Shown here: one piece after another, positions 1-11,200 of the stretch
Layout: each line of letters opens with the position of its first letter
How positions within the stretch are numbered: the first letter of the stretch is position 1
Virus record (IMG/VR): IMGVR_UViG_3300031994_000062
Coordinates: 1 to 64,000 of that record
Source: a virus
Taxonomy: Duplodnaviria; Caudoviricetes
Reading direction: 5' to 3' (one strand)
Length of the DNA: 64,000 bases
The notes under the pieces: model-generated
The model's input: only the letters and a program-made list of their open reading frames with translations
The model's database searches: none
What the model was told of the DNA's origin: nothing
Program-made: the position numbers and the translations under genes

Positions 1-484
1 ACTTCTCACACATGTCTTCATACTTCTCAATCAGATCATACACATTATTTATGTATTCAGCACTTACAGATCCTGACTTTGATATTCTATCCGCAGAATC
101 TAAAATATCCATACGTAATTTATCAAATTTCTTCTCTGCTTCTCGATAGTCAATTTCTTCCGACAATTTCTTAATGTCATCATGTATGGTTTTTATGGCA
201 TCAGTAGTTTCACGTTCAAAGGCCTTTCTCTCAGATCGATCTGAATTCTGAATCGCTTCCAATTCAGACTGTTTTTTAGTCAATTGCGCCAATTCTGTTT
301 TAATAGTTATTTGGCATTCCTTCATCTTTTTTCGCTCTTCTATGAAACCGATTTCAATCTGGAATGTATCACAAAATTTTACCAATGCTTCTTTTATAAC
401 CACAGAACCAACTACAATAACTCCTACTGCAAGAAGTAGATTTAGCCAGTCTAAAGAAGCTAACTGCATTATATAGTCATTCAT
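1..484 (-). CDS. N-terminal TM + coiled-coil membrane protein, holin/XhlA-like lysis protein (partial, runs off the window)
   Basis: Not in ORF track. ATG at 484 overlaps the upstream stop (TAATG). Reads MNDYIMQLASLDWLNLLLAVGVIVVGSVVIKEAL... with no stop to base 1. Lies directly after the tail fibre genes. Confidence 0.55.
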   Translation of the reverse strand, partial: MNDYIMQLASLDWLNLLLAVGVIVVGSVVIKEALVKFCDTFQIEIGFIEERKKMKECQITIKTELAQLTKKQSELEAIQNSDRSERKAFERETTDAIKTIHDDIKKLSEEIDYREAEKKFDKLRMDILDSADRISKSGSVSAEYINNVYDLIEKYEDMCEK

Positions 485-903
485 TATCCACCACCTTCTA
501 GTAATTGCTCTACCATTTCGTCTAGTTCTTCGTTTGTAATTGTACTTATTGGAATATTTACATTTTTATTTGATATTGTCTGCGTCGTTCCATTCACAGA
601 AATCGACTCAATCACGTTAACCTGTGCCCCCGATTCGACCCCGCCCAATTTATTCTTCTCACTTGTCGTATAATCATTGCTCGACAATCCCATCCCGGCA
701 GTTTTATCTACCTTAGACGCAAGTTGATCCCCGACGATTTTTGCATCAGCTAGGGATCCTGAGACTGTAAGAGTTGTGTCTATGAGGGATGTTTTTAGGT
801 CTTCGAAGGTTGTGCTGTGGGTGCCACGGGCGAGGTTATCAATCACAAGTCTGTCATCGTTAAGTATTGTTTGCTGTCTAGGTTCTTCAATTATTCTTGG
901 CAT
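484..903 (-). CDS. Fibre-associated structural protein
   Basis: 139 aa. Motifs SSNDYTTSEKNKL, VNVIESISVNG and C-terminal ITNEELDEMV resemble phage fibre/whisker proteins. Confidence 0.55.
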   Translation of the reverse strand: MPRIIEEPRQQTILNDDRLVIDNLARGTHSTTFEDLKTSLIDTTLTVSGSLADAKIVGDQLASKVDKTAGMGLSSNDYTTSEKNKLGGVESGAQVNVIESISVNGTTQTISNKNVNIPISTITNEELDEMVEQLLEGGG

Positions 904-919
904 TAGCTATCACCTATCC

Positions 920-3900
920 TTAGGATTTAATAAATAAAACTGCGCCACTAATTATAAGATTTGAAGTTATTCCACCTGGGTATAAATATACTTTAATTGT
1001 TGCCGTTCCAGAAGATACGCTAACAGACATATCATGTGTTGCTGCCGTGGCTCCACCAGATACATATACTCCAACTGGTTTTGTACAAAGAAGTTTATAA
1101 CCACTTGGGACAGACATCGTTGTAGAGTAATTCCCAGCAGACGCATTTTTACCACAAGTTATATTAAATGAAATGGCTTGAACTAAATCTGCAACTTTAT
1201 TATTTACATAGGTATATACCGCTCCGCTGGTTATAAGACCCGTGCCACCAGAAGAGACGGAGGTTGCTTTGTTGATGTAGGAATAAACCCCTCCGCTTGT
1301 TACGAGAGAAGAATTTCCTGAAGAGACGGTTGAAGTTGTAGAATAATTTTGAAGGGCTGTTCCGCCAGATCCATTGCTATTACATCCAACATAAAAGCTA
1401 CCTGGAATATGAACGTTTCCTGAAGTATCTACGGAGAAAATGTTTTTGCTGTCACTAGTACGACTAGACGTACCCCATCCTATTTCAAAAGCGTTAGAGG
1501 AATTATTAAGATTATACTTTCCTATTACTGTTTGATAAGGTGAGCCTGCTGTCGTAAAATATCCTCCGGCATGGGAATAATGTGCATTCGCCTCCGTATA
1601 AGCTCCTTCGGCATGTGAAGCTGTTCCCCAAGCAACACTACCTCCTCCTTCTGCATGAGAATATAACCCGTAAGCGGTCGTACAAGATCCTTCAGCATGC
1701 GAAGTATATCCACTAGCAGTATTATCACTACCTTCTACTACTGAATAATTTCCTATTGGATAATCGTTTTCATTTCTTATTCCTAAGTCATAATATGGTG
1801 CAGTCTCCGTCTTACCCCCTTCGTTCTTACCACTACCATATCCAATATGTGCTAAAACTGTAGATCCACTATATAAATTAATTCCACCGCTAGAAGCTGT
1901 TAAATAACCAGAGGATGTATTTCCTAATGTCATACTAGTCGATCCATATTGCGCTAATTGCGTAGTTCCATCATCAGGACTATAGAAAGTTAGCGCTGCG
2001 CTATTAGAAGACGAAATTCCTACAACCTTTTTATTATTTGCATAAAAATTAATTGCTGATCTCGTAAACTCTGACATTAAATCGGCAGTATTAGAAGTTT
2101 CTCGCGTGCCATCATAAAATCTTAAAGCACCGTCTGTAAATTCTGCAACTAATTTGTTATTTCTCAAAATTCCAATATTATCAGAATTAATACGAATATA
2201 ATCAGAAGAATCATCTGAATTATGGACTTGAATTCCATTGCTAGAATCTATGTAAGTTATATAATTTGTAGCAGTTGCTGCACCACTAGAAGCCATGCTT
2301 GCAATAGAAGATGCAGTATATCCTCCGATGGTTACACTACTTCCAATTGATCCGCTTGTGGCGGTAAGATATCCTGCAGCAGTAACCTTAAATTTTCCGC
2401 CCCCCAATGAAATTCCATCAGTACCAATATAAAATCCATTATTAGAACTACTTAGACTATCCATACCGTAATAAATAGAACCATATGTTGAATTTGTCCC
2501 AATATTAATCTTTTGGGAACCTGCTCCAATGGTACCAGAAGTTGCAGAAATATTGCCTGTAAAACTAGCTCCACTTGTACCAATAGTAACAGCCGCATTG
2601 CCATTACCCTGATACAAAACAATCCCGTCAGTAGAATCCCACTTAGCTAACACATCAGTATAATTCCTAAACTGGATAGCGGAATCTGTAATGTAAATAT
2701 TTCTCTTTTTACTACTTGACGTTCCAAGTTCACCAATTCTAACTGAAGCATCCTCAATATAAACCTTAGATGCATTATTCCTTACTAAATCAATAGCGGA
2801 AGAAGATATCCTTACATAATCTGTATTATCTGAGGAATCCTGAATCTTAATACCATTATTTCCGTCGATCTTAATATAATTTGTAGCCGTAGCACCAAGC
2901 CCAGAAATATCAGAAGCAACTTCACCAAGCGTGATAGAATTCGCAGCAATTTTCCCGCCCGAAATTACAGTAGATGATCCGCTTGAATCCTTAATAATAA
3001 ACTGATTAGTGATTGCCTTAATCATGTCATTAGTAAGGCTAAACTCAGTTAATTCCCCATTAAAAGTAGCAAGCAAATCAAATTTATCCGCCGTCTGATT
3101 TAATTCCATCCTATGGCTTGCAATATCATCAACTAATCCATTATGATGCGTAGTTACATCTTCAACAACAACGTCATAACCATTTACTGTCTGCTCAACA
3201 GTAGTTACTCTATTCCTAAGACTGGTAGTAGTTCCATTATTTGTGTCATATTGATTTATAGAAGTATTTATATCAGTCTGCCAAACCTGACCGACAATTG
3301 AGTTATTACTTCTATCTGCTTTCCAAGATACACCAGAAATCCCAACACTACAAACAGGAGTAGTATAAGTTGTATTCCCGTCATCAGTTTCAATTTTCCA
3401 ACGAGACCAGATCCATTGTCTTGGATTAGCTGTACTATCAATTTCTGGCAAATCGTTTACCCAAGTAGGATTTTGCGGTAATACCGTTTCACTTGTGCTT
3501 ATACAATATTGCTGAGTAATTTTATTAACTGTAGCACCGTCCTGCCCATCTATACCGTCAACTACAAATTTTACAGGAACAGACCAGTCATTAGGACTTA
3601 TAGTATGTATATCTCCCTGAATTGCAAATTTTACTGTGGTTATATAACATGGTTCACGATCGCTATTTGTTTCAGGAACATTCAGACTCCAACCTGTTGG
3701 AATGGGAGAGAGTGTACCTGTTGAAAATGTATAAGTCGTTGTAACACCGGGCTTGCTCGGAGTCGTAGAAGCACGTTTGTAAAGCTGAACATTTGCTTGA
3801 GAATATCCGTCTGCCGCAAATTTAACAGGTTCAGACCAAGATGTAGAACCAAACTCATAAGTCGCGCCAAGACTGATAGCATAAGCTGATGTTACATAAC

Positions 3901-5212
3901 AAGGGAATCCGTTGGCTTCTGGAATTTCTGTATACCATCCAGTTGGAATGGGAGATAGTGCACCAGTAGCAAAAGTATAAGTACAAGATGACGTTGGTGC
4001 TGAAGGTGCCGTTTCTGAACGCTTATACAAACTCACCATCGCCTGATTATAACCATCTTCAACAAGCTTTACAGGATCTGTCCAATAGTCGCCATTAATA
4101 GTGTAAATATCTTTTTGACTAACCGCAGATACGGATGTTACATAACAAGGCTTTCCATCGCTTGCCGGAATATTTGTATACCATACCGTAGGGATAGGGC
4201 TTAATATTCCTGTTGAAAATGTATAATTCATAGTTTGATTTGGTTTTGATGGAGTTGTGTCAGAACGCCTGTATAAATTAATAGTAGCTTTATTATATCC
4301 ATCTTCTCCACGAATCAAGCTCCATGAATATGCGGTATAAATTGTCGGAGATGCCTGGGTTTCATTTGTACAGACACCAATATACAATTTTCCTTCACTA
4401 TTAGTTGTACTAAAGTCCTGTGATCCGTCCGCAGAATTTGCCCAAGCTACATGAACATACCCATTAATTCCAACATAACTCTTTGAATATGAAGTAACAC
4501 TACTTCCGTCAGTATATGTAAATACTGTTTTTATCCAAAGCCATTGCCCTTTTGAAGGGGTTGGAACATTAGAAGACCAATTACTAGGCTGTGTAGATCC
4601 GCTATTTGATACACCATAGCTAATAGTTGTTTCTAAAACACCTAAACCATTCTGAACAAATTTCACCGGCTGTGTCCATTCCGAAGATGGTATAGTATCA
4701 TAATATGAAGCAGAACTTGCCGTTGCGAATGTCGTCCAAAGATCTGCAACGCCACTTGGAATAGAATGCGACCAACTTCCAATATTTCCTACAATTTCAC
4801 CATTTGAAAAATAATATTTTATATCATTTGACGGCAAAGCGGGGGTAGAAGTTGATCTTTGGTATAAATAAACAAGGGCGACACTAATACCTTTATCGCC
4901 CTTTTCTCCGTTAACACCTTGTCGGCTTACAGAATAGATACATGCTTTTGAACCGTCACTATAATTCAATACAGTTCTTGCCCACAAATACCATCCTTCT
5001 GGACATTCTGGAATTGTATCAGACCATGTGAAATCTGTTATTAAATGTTCTCCATCACTATCAATAAGGACTAGCCCGTTTTCGTCGGTCAGATCCGCAC
5101 TTGGTGCTATAGTACCGGATACTGATGCAGCATAAGTAACAACCGTTGATAATATAGAAACGCCGTCATTAATATTGCTCAGCGTTACGTTACTATATGA
5201 AATAACGCCCAT
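920..5212 (-). CDS. Long tail fibre / receptor-binding protein
   Basis: 1430 aa. Short collagen-like Gxx linkers, ~82-aa repeated modules, a coiled-coil, and SHAEG 14-residue YadA-like repeats. Located at the end of the tail module. Confidence 0.8.
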   Translation of the reverse strand: MGVISYSNVTLSNINDGVSILSTVVTYAASVSGTIAPSADLTDENGLVLIDSDGEHLITDFTWSDTIPECPEGWYLWARTVLNYSDGSKACIYSVSRQGVNGEKGDKGISVALVYLYQRSTSTPALPSNDIKYYFSNGEIVGNIGSWSHSIPSGVADLWTTFATASSASYYDTIPSSEWTQPVKFVQNGLGVLETTISYGVSNSGSTQPSNWSSNVPTPSKGQWLWIKTVFTYTDGSSVTSYSKSYVGINGYVHVAWANSADGSQDFSTTNSEGKLYIGVCTNETQASPTIYTAYSWSLIRGEDGYNKATINLYRRSDTTPSKPNQTMNYTFSTGILSPIPTVWYTNIPASDGKPCYVTSVSAVSQKDIYTINGDYWTDPVKLVEDGYNQAMVSLYKRSETAPSAPTSSCTYTFATGALSPIPTGWYTEIPEANGFPCYVTSAYAISLGATYEFGSTSWSEPVKFAADGYSQANVQLYKRASTTPSKPGVTTTYTFSTGTLSPIPTGWSLNVPETNSDREPCYITTVKFAIQGDIHTISPNDWSVPVKFVVDGIDGQDGATVNKITQQYCISTSETVLPQNPTWVNDLPEIDSTANPRQWIWSRWKIETDDGNTTYTTPVCSVGISGVSWKADRSNNSIVGQVWQTDINTSINQYDTNNGTTTSLRNRVTTVEQTVNGYDVVVEDVTTHHNGLVDDIASHRMELNQTADKFDLLATFNGELTEFSLTNDMIKAITNQFIIKDSSGSSTVISGGKIAANSITLGEVASDISGLGATATNYIKIDGNNGIKIQDSSDNTDYVRISSSAIDLVRNNASKVYIEDASVRIGELGTSSSKKRNIYITDSAIQFRNYTDVLAKWDSTDGIVLYQGNGNAAVTIGTSGASFTGNISATSGTIGAGSQKINIGTNSTYGSIYYGMDSLSSSNNGFYIGTDGISLGGGKFKVTAAGYLTATSGSIGSSVTIGGYTASSIASMASSGAATATNYITYIDSSNGIQVHNSDDSSDYIRINSDNIGILRNNKLVAEFTDGALRFYDGTRETSNTADLMSEFTRSAINFYANNKKVVGISSSNSAALTFYSPDDGTTQLAQYGSTSMTLGNTSSGYLTASSGGINLYSGSTVLAHIGYGSGKNEGGKTETAPYYDLGIRNENDYPIGNYSVVEGSDNTASGYTSHAEGSCTTAYGLYSHAEGGGSVAWGTASHAEGAYTEANAHYSHAGGYFTTAGSPYQTVIGKYNLNNSSNAFEIGWGTSSRTSDSKNIFSVDTSGNVHIPGSFYVGCNSNGSGGTALQNYSTTSTVSSGNSSLVTSGGVYSYINKATSVSSGGTGLITSGAVYTYVNNKVADLVQAISFNITCGKNASAGNYSTTMSVPSGYKLLCTKPVGVYVSGGATAATHDMSVSVSSGTATIKVYLYPGGITSNLIISGAVLFIKS
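3560..4303 (-). repeat. Three tandem ~246-nt (82-84 aa) coding repeats in the fibre
   Basis: Modules start DGYNKATINLY (4303), DGYNQAMVSLY (4057) and DGYSQANVQLY (3811), 246 nt apart. Each contains TFxTGxLSPIPTxW and PCY. Confidence 0.9.
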
Positions 5213-5227
5213 ATATGTCCTCCTTTC

Positions 5228-5713
5228 TTAACCGATAAGACTAATCATTTCAATGTCAGATAATTCTACTTTCGTGTCATCTGGAAGCTTATCGATTATG
5301 TCTTCTACATTAAGTTCTTTGAAATCATATTCTGATTCTTCTGCAAGAACTTCTCTGATTGATTTATTAATTTCTTCTATTTTCTCCTTATATTCATCCA
5401 TAAACTCAGGCTTTACGGTTCTACCTTCTTCAAGTACAGGGTTCCCATCTTCATCAAGAACGGCATTACCATCTGCATCTCTCTGTGGAATCATATCCTT
5501 GTCAGATTTTTCCTCGCCAAAATATTCATCCTGAAGATCCTTAAGCAACCCCTCACGAAATTCCTCAAACTTCTGAACAGAAGGCTCTAAGAGCTTGATA
5601 TTTGACAAAATATTCCATTGTGCCTTGATTGGCATCGTCTTAATTCTTTCATTTCTAAAGTCGTTAAACCATCTGATAATTGCCTGAGCTTCACTAATCT
5701 TAAAATTCTTCAT
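5228..5713 (-). CDS. Hypothetical acidic protein, possible tail fibre chaperone
   Basis: 161 aa with RBS, between fibre genes. Confidence 0.55.
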   Translation of the reverse strand: MKNFKISEAQAIIRWFNDFRNERIKTMPIKAQWNILSNIKLLEPSVQKFEEFREGLLKDLQDEYFGEEKSDKDMIPQRDADGNAVLDEDGNPVLEEGRTVKPEFMDEYKEKIEEINKSIREVLAEESEYDFKELNVEDIIDKLPDDTKVELSDIEMISLIG

Positions 5714-5739
5714 AATTCATTTCTCCTTTTATTCATTGA

Positions 5740-8211
5740 TTAATCACTTATTTCGCAGAAAAACTGCATCCTTCCATTAATAATTGATGGGTCTACATAA
5801 AAACATCTGGTATCTTTGTAGGCCACCGTTGTATCTAATGGAGTACCTTGAGAATCCATTCTATAATATTTATAAGTAAAATTATCTGTTTCTGTTGCAT
5901 TTTGCCATGACCCATCTAAATATTTCTTCAGTACACACGTTTTAAGGACAGGGTCAAGATGATAATAAAAATCTCCAACTGACGGACTTGACGGTGGAGT
6001 AGAAGAGAACATAGTAGATCTAATAGGATCAACTTCAACCCCATTCTGATAAACTCTAGTATAAATTGCGCCATAACCTTGATTATTTTTAAACTCCCTG
6101 ATCGTTGAATATGTATAAGCCGTATACGGATCAGTAATATCATCGACTGCATAATATGCTTCATAATTATGACCATTATATGTGGCTATACATTTAAGCA
6201 ACATCTGGTCAGTAACCATAGACTCTGTTATAGTAATGCTGGTTCCGGTTTGTCCAGTAATTGTTCTATATGATCCATTTACAAATTCAAGCCATTGTAC
6301 CGCAGTTGGCGTTACTGTAGATGATCCAGAAATTAATGATGTTTTGATCACCGTATTTCTTCCAACGGCAACATTTCCACCATCTTCTGAATATAGTTGA
6401 AGGATTACAGAATTCTCTCCATTTTTGGCTTGAATAGATTTTGTCCATGAATATTTATAATCTGAGCTTCTGGAATCTGCACTAAGAGTTATAGTGATAT
6501 CTCCACTAAGAAGAGATGTATTTCCTAAAGTCGCACCAGCTGACACAGTTAAAATCAATAGTCCGCTAGACGAAGATGTACCTCCTACATTAGAAGTTAT
6601 TGTAACTCCATTTGGTAAAGTTCCAACTGTTGCCGTTACTGGTACTCGATTAACTCCCTTATATGCAAAAAACGGAATCGAAAAATCTCTTGTTACATAT
6701 GCAGTACCGTCAGTTCCGCATGGTATAACATCAGAATAATTAGACAATCCCATAGCAAGACCGTCTTCACCATCATTACCATCTTCTCCAGTTAAACCAT
6801 CTCTAGTTATAACTACGCTCTGCGAATCCACCTCGGTCGTTGTTGAGCCAGCTTGATAAAGAACGCATCTAATACTATCAATAGTGTTAGCGGATGGAGT
6901 ATATATCTTCTGAGATTCATTTGAACCACTTGTATATGTTGTAGTGTAAGTATTGCCACCATCTGAACTTTCAGATATTATAAACCTGCCCATATATGCC
7001 GTTTTGGTTGGAGAATTGCCGATTTTAGAATATGCATTAAATTTTACAGAAAGAGGTGTCAAAGTGCCATCCCTTTTTATATTTATAGTATAATAATCTG
7101 GTACAACTTCATAAATAACAGCATCTTCGCCATCTGCTCCAGCTGTAAGTTTCGTAATTGTATATCGCTTTGTTATGTTTGAATATCCTTGTCTCGTACA
7201 AATAAAATCGGCATAACTTGATAACTGGGTGAGATTAGATGGGGTATAAGTATATGTAGAAGGATCATATGATCCAGTAAGTCCCGTACCATTTTGAACA
7301 GTAATTGTCCATTGATTTGTAACATCTGTTCCACCTTCAAAAATACGAACATCTGTTGCTGCCCCGGCCCATGACCTTACAGTACCATCAGACGTACAAG
7401 GAAGATAATGGTTTTCATTTGACAACACAGTACTTATGGTTTCTTGACCTGGTGCACCATCATACACCTTAATTATTTCATGCAAGTCATAAACCGTATT
7501 ATCCGAAGTCTCAAGCTTAATTACTGCTGTTTTACCATTAATCCAAATATTCGCTTCTGATTCATCAACAACAAGATTCATTCCAGTATTTGTTGTATTA
7601 ATTCCACTTGTAGTTGGATAGTTTACGAATGATCCGTCAGCTTTCTTATATTTCCATTTAGTAATAGAAACATTTGTAAGATCAGCCGTCAATGTTATTT
7701 GGTTTGAACCAACTATTGATCTTGAAGAATCATATAAAAATACAGATTCCCCCATAATTGTGGCCATCTTTAAATCAGTGGCGCGGCTGATTAAAGAATA
7801 AGACATCGCTGTCTCCGTAGTAATTGGAATACTTGTTTTTGGATCTGTATAAGTTATTGTACAAATATAAGTTAAAAGACCACTTGTAATAGAAGATAAT
7901 TTATTGGCAGTTACTGTTAGTATTCCATTTGTAACAGTTTCTCCGTCCTGCAAAGCCGTTGCAGTGCCAGATCCTTCTTTTCTTGTGAATGTAATTGTCA
8001 AACCTGTGGCTGTTAACGGCAGATTTCTTCCATTATAAGATATCACTGGAGTGATAGTCAGATTGGAAGTGGCCCAGTTTGGTATATATAAATTTTGATT
8101 TGGGTCGTAGATTACGCTTGTCGGCTGGTTTGATGTACAATATAAATTTATGACACCGACATCGGTTAAATCAACAACCGATACGCTTGAAAAGGCCTGA
8201 ACTTTGGCCAT
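5740..8211 (-). CDS. Baseplate/tail fibre structural protein
   Basis: 823 aa, Thr/Ser-rich beta-type modules separated by short collagen-like linkers (DGAPG, DGEDA, DGLTGEDGNDGEDG). Confidence 0.7.
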   Translation of the reverse strand: MAKVQAFSSVSVVDLTDVGVINLYCTSNQPTSVIYDPNQNLYIPNWATSNLTITPVISYNGRNLPLTATGLTITFTRKEGSGTATALQDGETVTNGILTVTANKLSSITSGLLTYICTITYTDPKTSIPITTETAMSYSLISRATDLKMATIMGESVFLYDSSRSIVGSNQITLTADLTNVSITKWKYKKADGSFVNYPTTSGINTTNTGMNLVVDESEANIWINGKTAVIKLETSDNTVYDLHEIIKVYDGAPGQETISTVLSNENHYLPCTSDGTVRSWAGAATDVRIFEGGTDVTNQWTITVQNGTGLTGSYDPSTYTYTPSNLTQLSSYADFICTRQGYSNITKRYTITKLTAGADGEDAVIYEVVPDYYTINIKRDGTLTPLSVKFNAYSKIGNSPTKTAYMGRFIISESSDGGNTYTTTYTSGSNESQKIYTPSANTIDSIRCVLYQAGSTTTEVDSQSVVITRDGLTGEDGNDGEDGLAMGLSNYSDVIPCGTDGTAYVTRDFSIPFFAYKGVNRVPVTATVGTLPNGVTITSNVGGTSSSSGLLILTVSAGATLGNTSLLSGDITITLSADSRSSDYKYSWTKSIQAKNGENSVILQLYSEDGGNVAVGRNTVIKTSLISGSSTVTPTAVQWLEFVNGSYRTITGQTGTSITITESMVTDQMLLKCIATYNGHNYEAYYAVDDITDPYTAYTYSTIREFKNNQGYGAIYTRVYQNGVEVDPIRSTMFSSTPPSSPSVGDFYYHLDPVLKTCVLKKYLDGSWQNATETDNFTYKYYRMDSQGTPLDTTVAYKDTRCFYVDPSIINGRMQFFCEISD

Positions 8212-8224
8212 ATTATAAACCTCC

Positions 8225-11200
8225 TTACTCTGAAATCACGGTTGTTCCTTCATATTCAAAAACACATTTAAAATCTGCGTTTATACTAACATCATTTGCC
8301 GTGACTGTAATTGTTTTCGTTCCTGATTGATGATTATCATTCCAATAAACATCACCATAATGATCATTTGATTGTCTAGTCCATGTAAAATATTCATCAT
8401 CAAAATCATTTGTTACTTCAACTGAATTTTTAAATAATTTCGCATTTAAAATAACATTTTGCCCATAAATATTAGTACCATTCGGACAATCTATATATAA
8501 AGTATATGTTGCAGAATTATCTATTTTCTCATCAAGGTCTGATAACGCTTGATTCGTATCATTTTTAAAAGTCGTATATTCAACTCCGAAAACGCCGCCT
8601 GATCCGTCATAAATCTGAGTAATATCAATTCCACCATATTGATTAGGTTCTATAATTTCAAAGCCCAATTTCTCTTTCTCAATAGTATTATCAGATATCA
8701 TATTATTAACGATGATACCTGTTGGTATACCATTTGCCGTGATACCAGAGCTTGTAAACATAGCAGCACCGTTTTCGTCTTTAATTACCATGTGCGGATA
8801 AGTTTCATTTCCATATCCAATTTGAATCCCGACGTCTCCGTTAGCATCTGTAAACTGTAATGTTGAACCGTTGAATAGGAGATTACCGCCATTTTCATTC
8901 TGGCTGATGATTCTCATTGAGTCAGTCAATACAATATCACCAGCAGTTAAATCACCGGCAGAGATGTGTCCCGCGACGAGATTCATTACATATTCTGTAC
9001 TTACAGTACTTGTAACAACCGTCTGTGATACTGTCTGAAGATAGTTCGCAAAAGCAGTATCAGCCATCATAAGATTAGTCTGCAGCGTATTCATAAATGC
9101 AGAATCTGCATAAAGAGTATCTATATCTGCTACTTTTGCAGCAAGCTCAGATGTTTTAATATATTCTGCACTGAGAGAGTCTATATTCCCCGCCGCAGCA
9201 TTGATGGTTGAATTCTGAATATTCTGGGCATAGCCAGTAAAAGCAGAGGATTGAAGGATTTTCTGTACCAGATCATAAGTTACGGTTACAGTATTATCTG
9301 CATCCGCAGATTTATTATATCTGGCGGAAATCTGATTTTTCGCAGACTGGATTGTGGATTCTACAAGAGATACGAAGTCGTTACGTTTCTTTCTATATCT
9401 GACCATATTTGAATATGTAAGTTCCATATTCTGGTCGTACACCATAGGATTAAATGAGATACCTATAAGACGCAGCTTAACCTGTGTTTCATCGTCAAGA
9501 CCAATTCTTATGAAATTGCCGACCTTAAACTCTGGATGAAATGGTTCATATTCATTGTTGGCCAGAACGTCATCTACAGATGTCGCATATGTATATTGAG
9601 GATGTGATTCTGCAAAAAGCTCTTCTAAGGCCTCGTTATACATCTCTATATGTTTGTCAATAACCGTTGAAGACGTGTCTATATTTTCCAGATATGCTAT
9701 ATTGTCATTGACATAATCTGTATGTCTTACAAGACGGGACAACCTAATCAAATCTAGATTTGTAAAGTCATTCCAATTTTCCTTTTTAACAGAATCTGCA
9801 AGAGCAGATCTTTCTTCGTCAATATCTTCAGCAATAGCGTAAGCATCGTCATATTCACGTTGTCTTATAGCTAACGCAGCAGTCGCAGAATCATAGCCGT
9901 TCTTATATTTAACATATAGATCATGCTTTTCTCTATATGTTGATTCTATATGTTTCGCGCGAAATTCGTCGCCTTCCGGAGTGTCTGGAATGTCTTCCCA
10001 AGCTGTCGCATACTCCTGATAAACTGCTACTTTATCTGCATGTGTTTTCTGATATGCTTTTAATTCATCAACACCATAAAGCCATCCAAATCCACCTTCA
10101 TCTTTTTCGCGAAAATCATATTCATACGCTTCATAATATTTTTTCTTTGTCTCATAACTTGGCAGCATAAGATTATCATACGTTATGATAAGATTCGGAA
10201 CTGTAAAGGTTTTCATCATATAATAGCTGTTATAATAAAGAGAATCTTTAAAAGCCGTCGCTTCTTCTTCTTTGTTCTTATCTACAAGTTCCTCAAGCTG
10301 CTCTATATAATTGTTCATAGCAGTAATATAATCCGCAAACGTAGGATACAATTCTCTGGCAGATGGCGGCTGAATATCATCCTTACTGGTATATATAAAG
10401 CTATCCAACATACCAATCATCAAAGCATAGTAGTTATCTATTTCTTCCTCAAGCTGATCCTGAGATGTATATCCAGAAAGCTGAGATATGTTTAACATAT
10501 CAGATGGTACACGATCTTTAATTTCCATCGCTATATTATATTGATTGTTATACGATCTAGACAGTTCAATATATTCGTCACGTTTCGATTCTCTGAAGTC
10601 GTACCATGCGCGATATTTGTCGATAGTTGACTGTGGGAGATATTTTGTGTTCAAAAAGTACGAGATGTCTTCTATATCAGTATCTCCAAAATTCGCATAA
10701 AGAATACTTAGCCCTTCAGAATTTGCCACTGTAAACTGCGTAAAAAGCTCCTGTGCTGGCGTAACATCTACAGAATTTTGTACATTCCTAAAACTTAAGA
10801 ATATCTTAGTATCATCACCGATAGTCTCTATTCTATATGCGTTTATTACATTGTTAACTGTGTCAAAATCAAATATACAGTTAAAATATCCCGCAAGTTC
10901 ACTTACTAAAAACGTATAGACATCCTGAGAATCTATCTCAAAGCTACCGACTTCGTTCGCCAAAATAACACCATTAGATTCCGCATATGTTGCCGTATCA
11001 ATATAGCCGATGCTCCACCCAGGTATGTCTGAGATAACCAAGTCAAGAAGACTAAGTTCCTTCATTCTCTGACGTTCCATTGTCATGATTTCATAGGCTG
11101 TAAGTTCCTTGCCAGTTTTCTCATACTTACCAGATGCCATAGAATATTCGTACTCATCTTTATCAAATGCAACTTTTACTTCCGTAATAAGCTGCGGATA

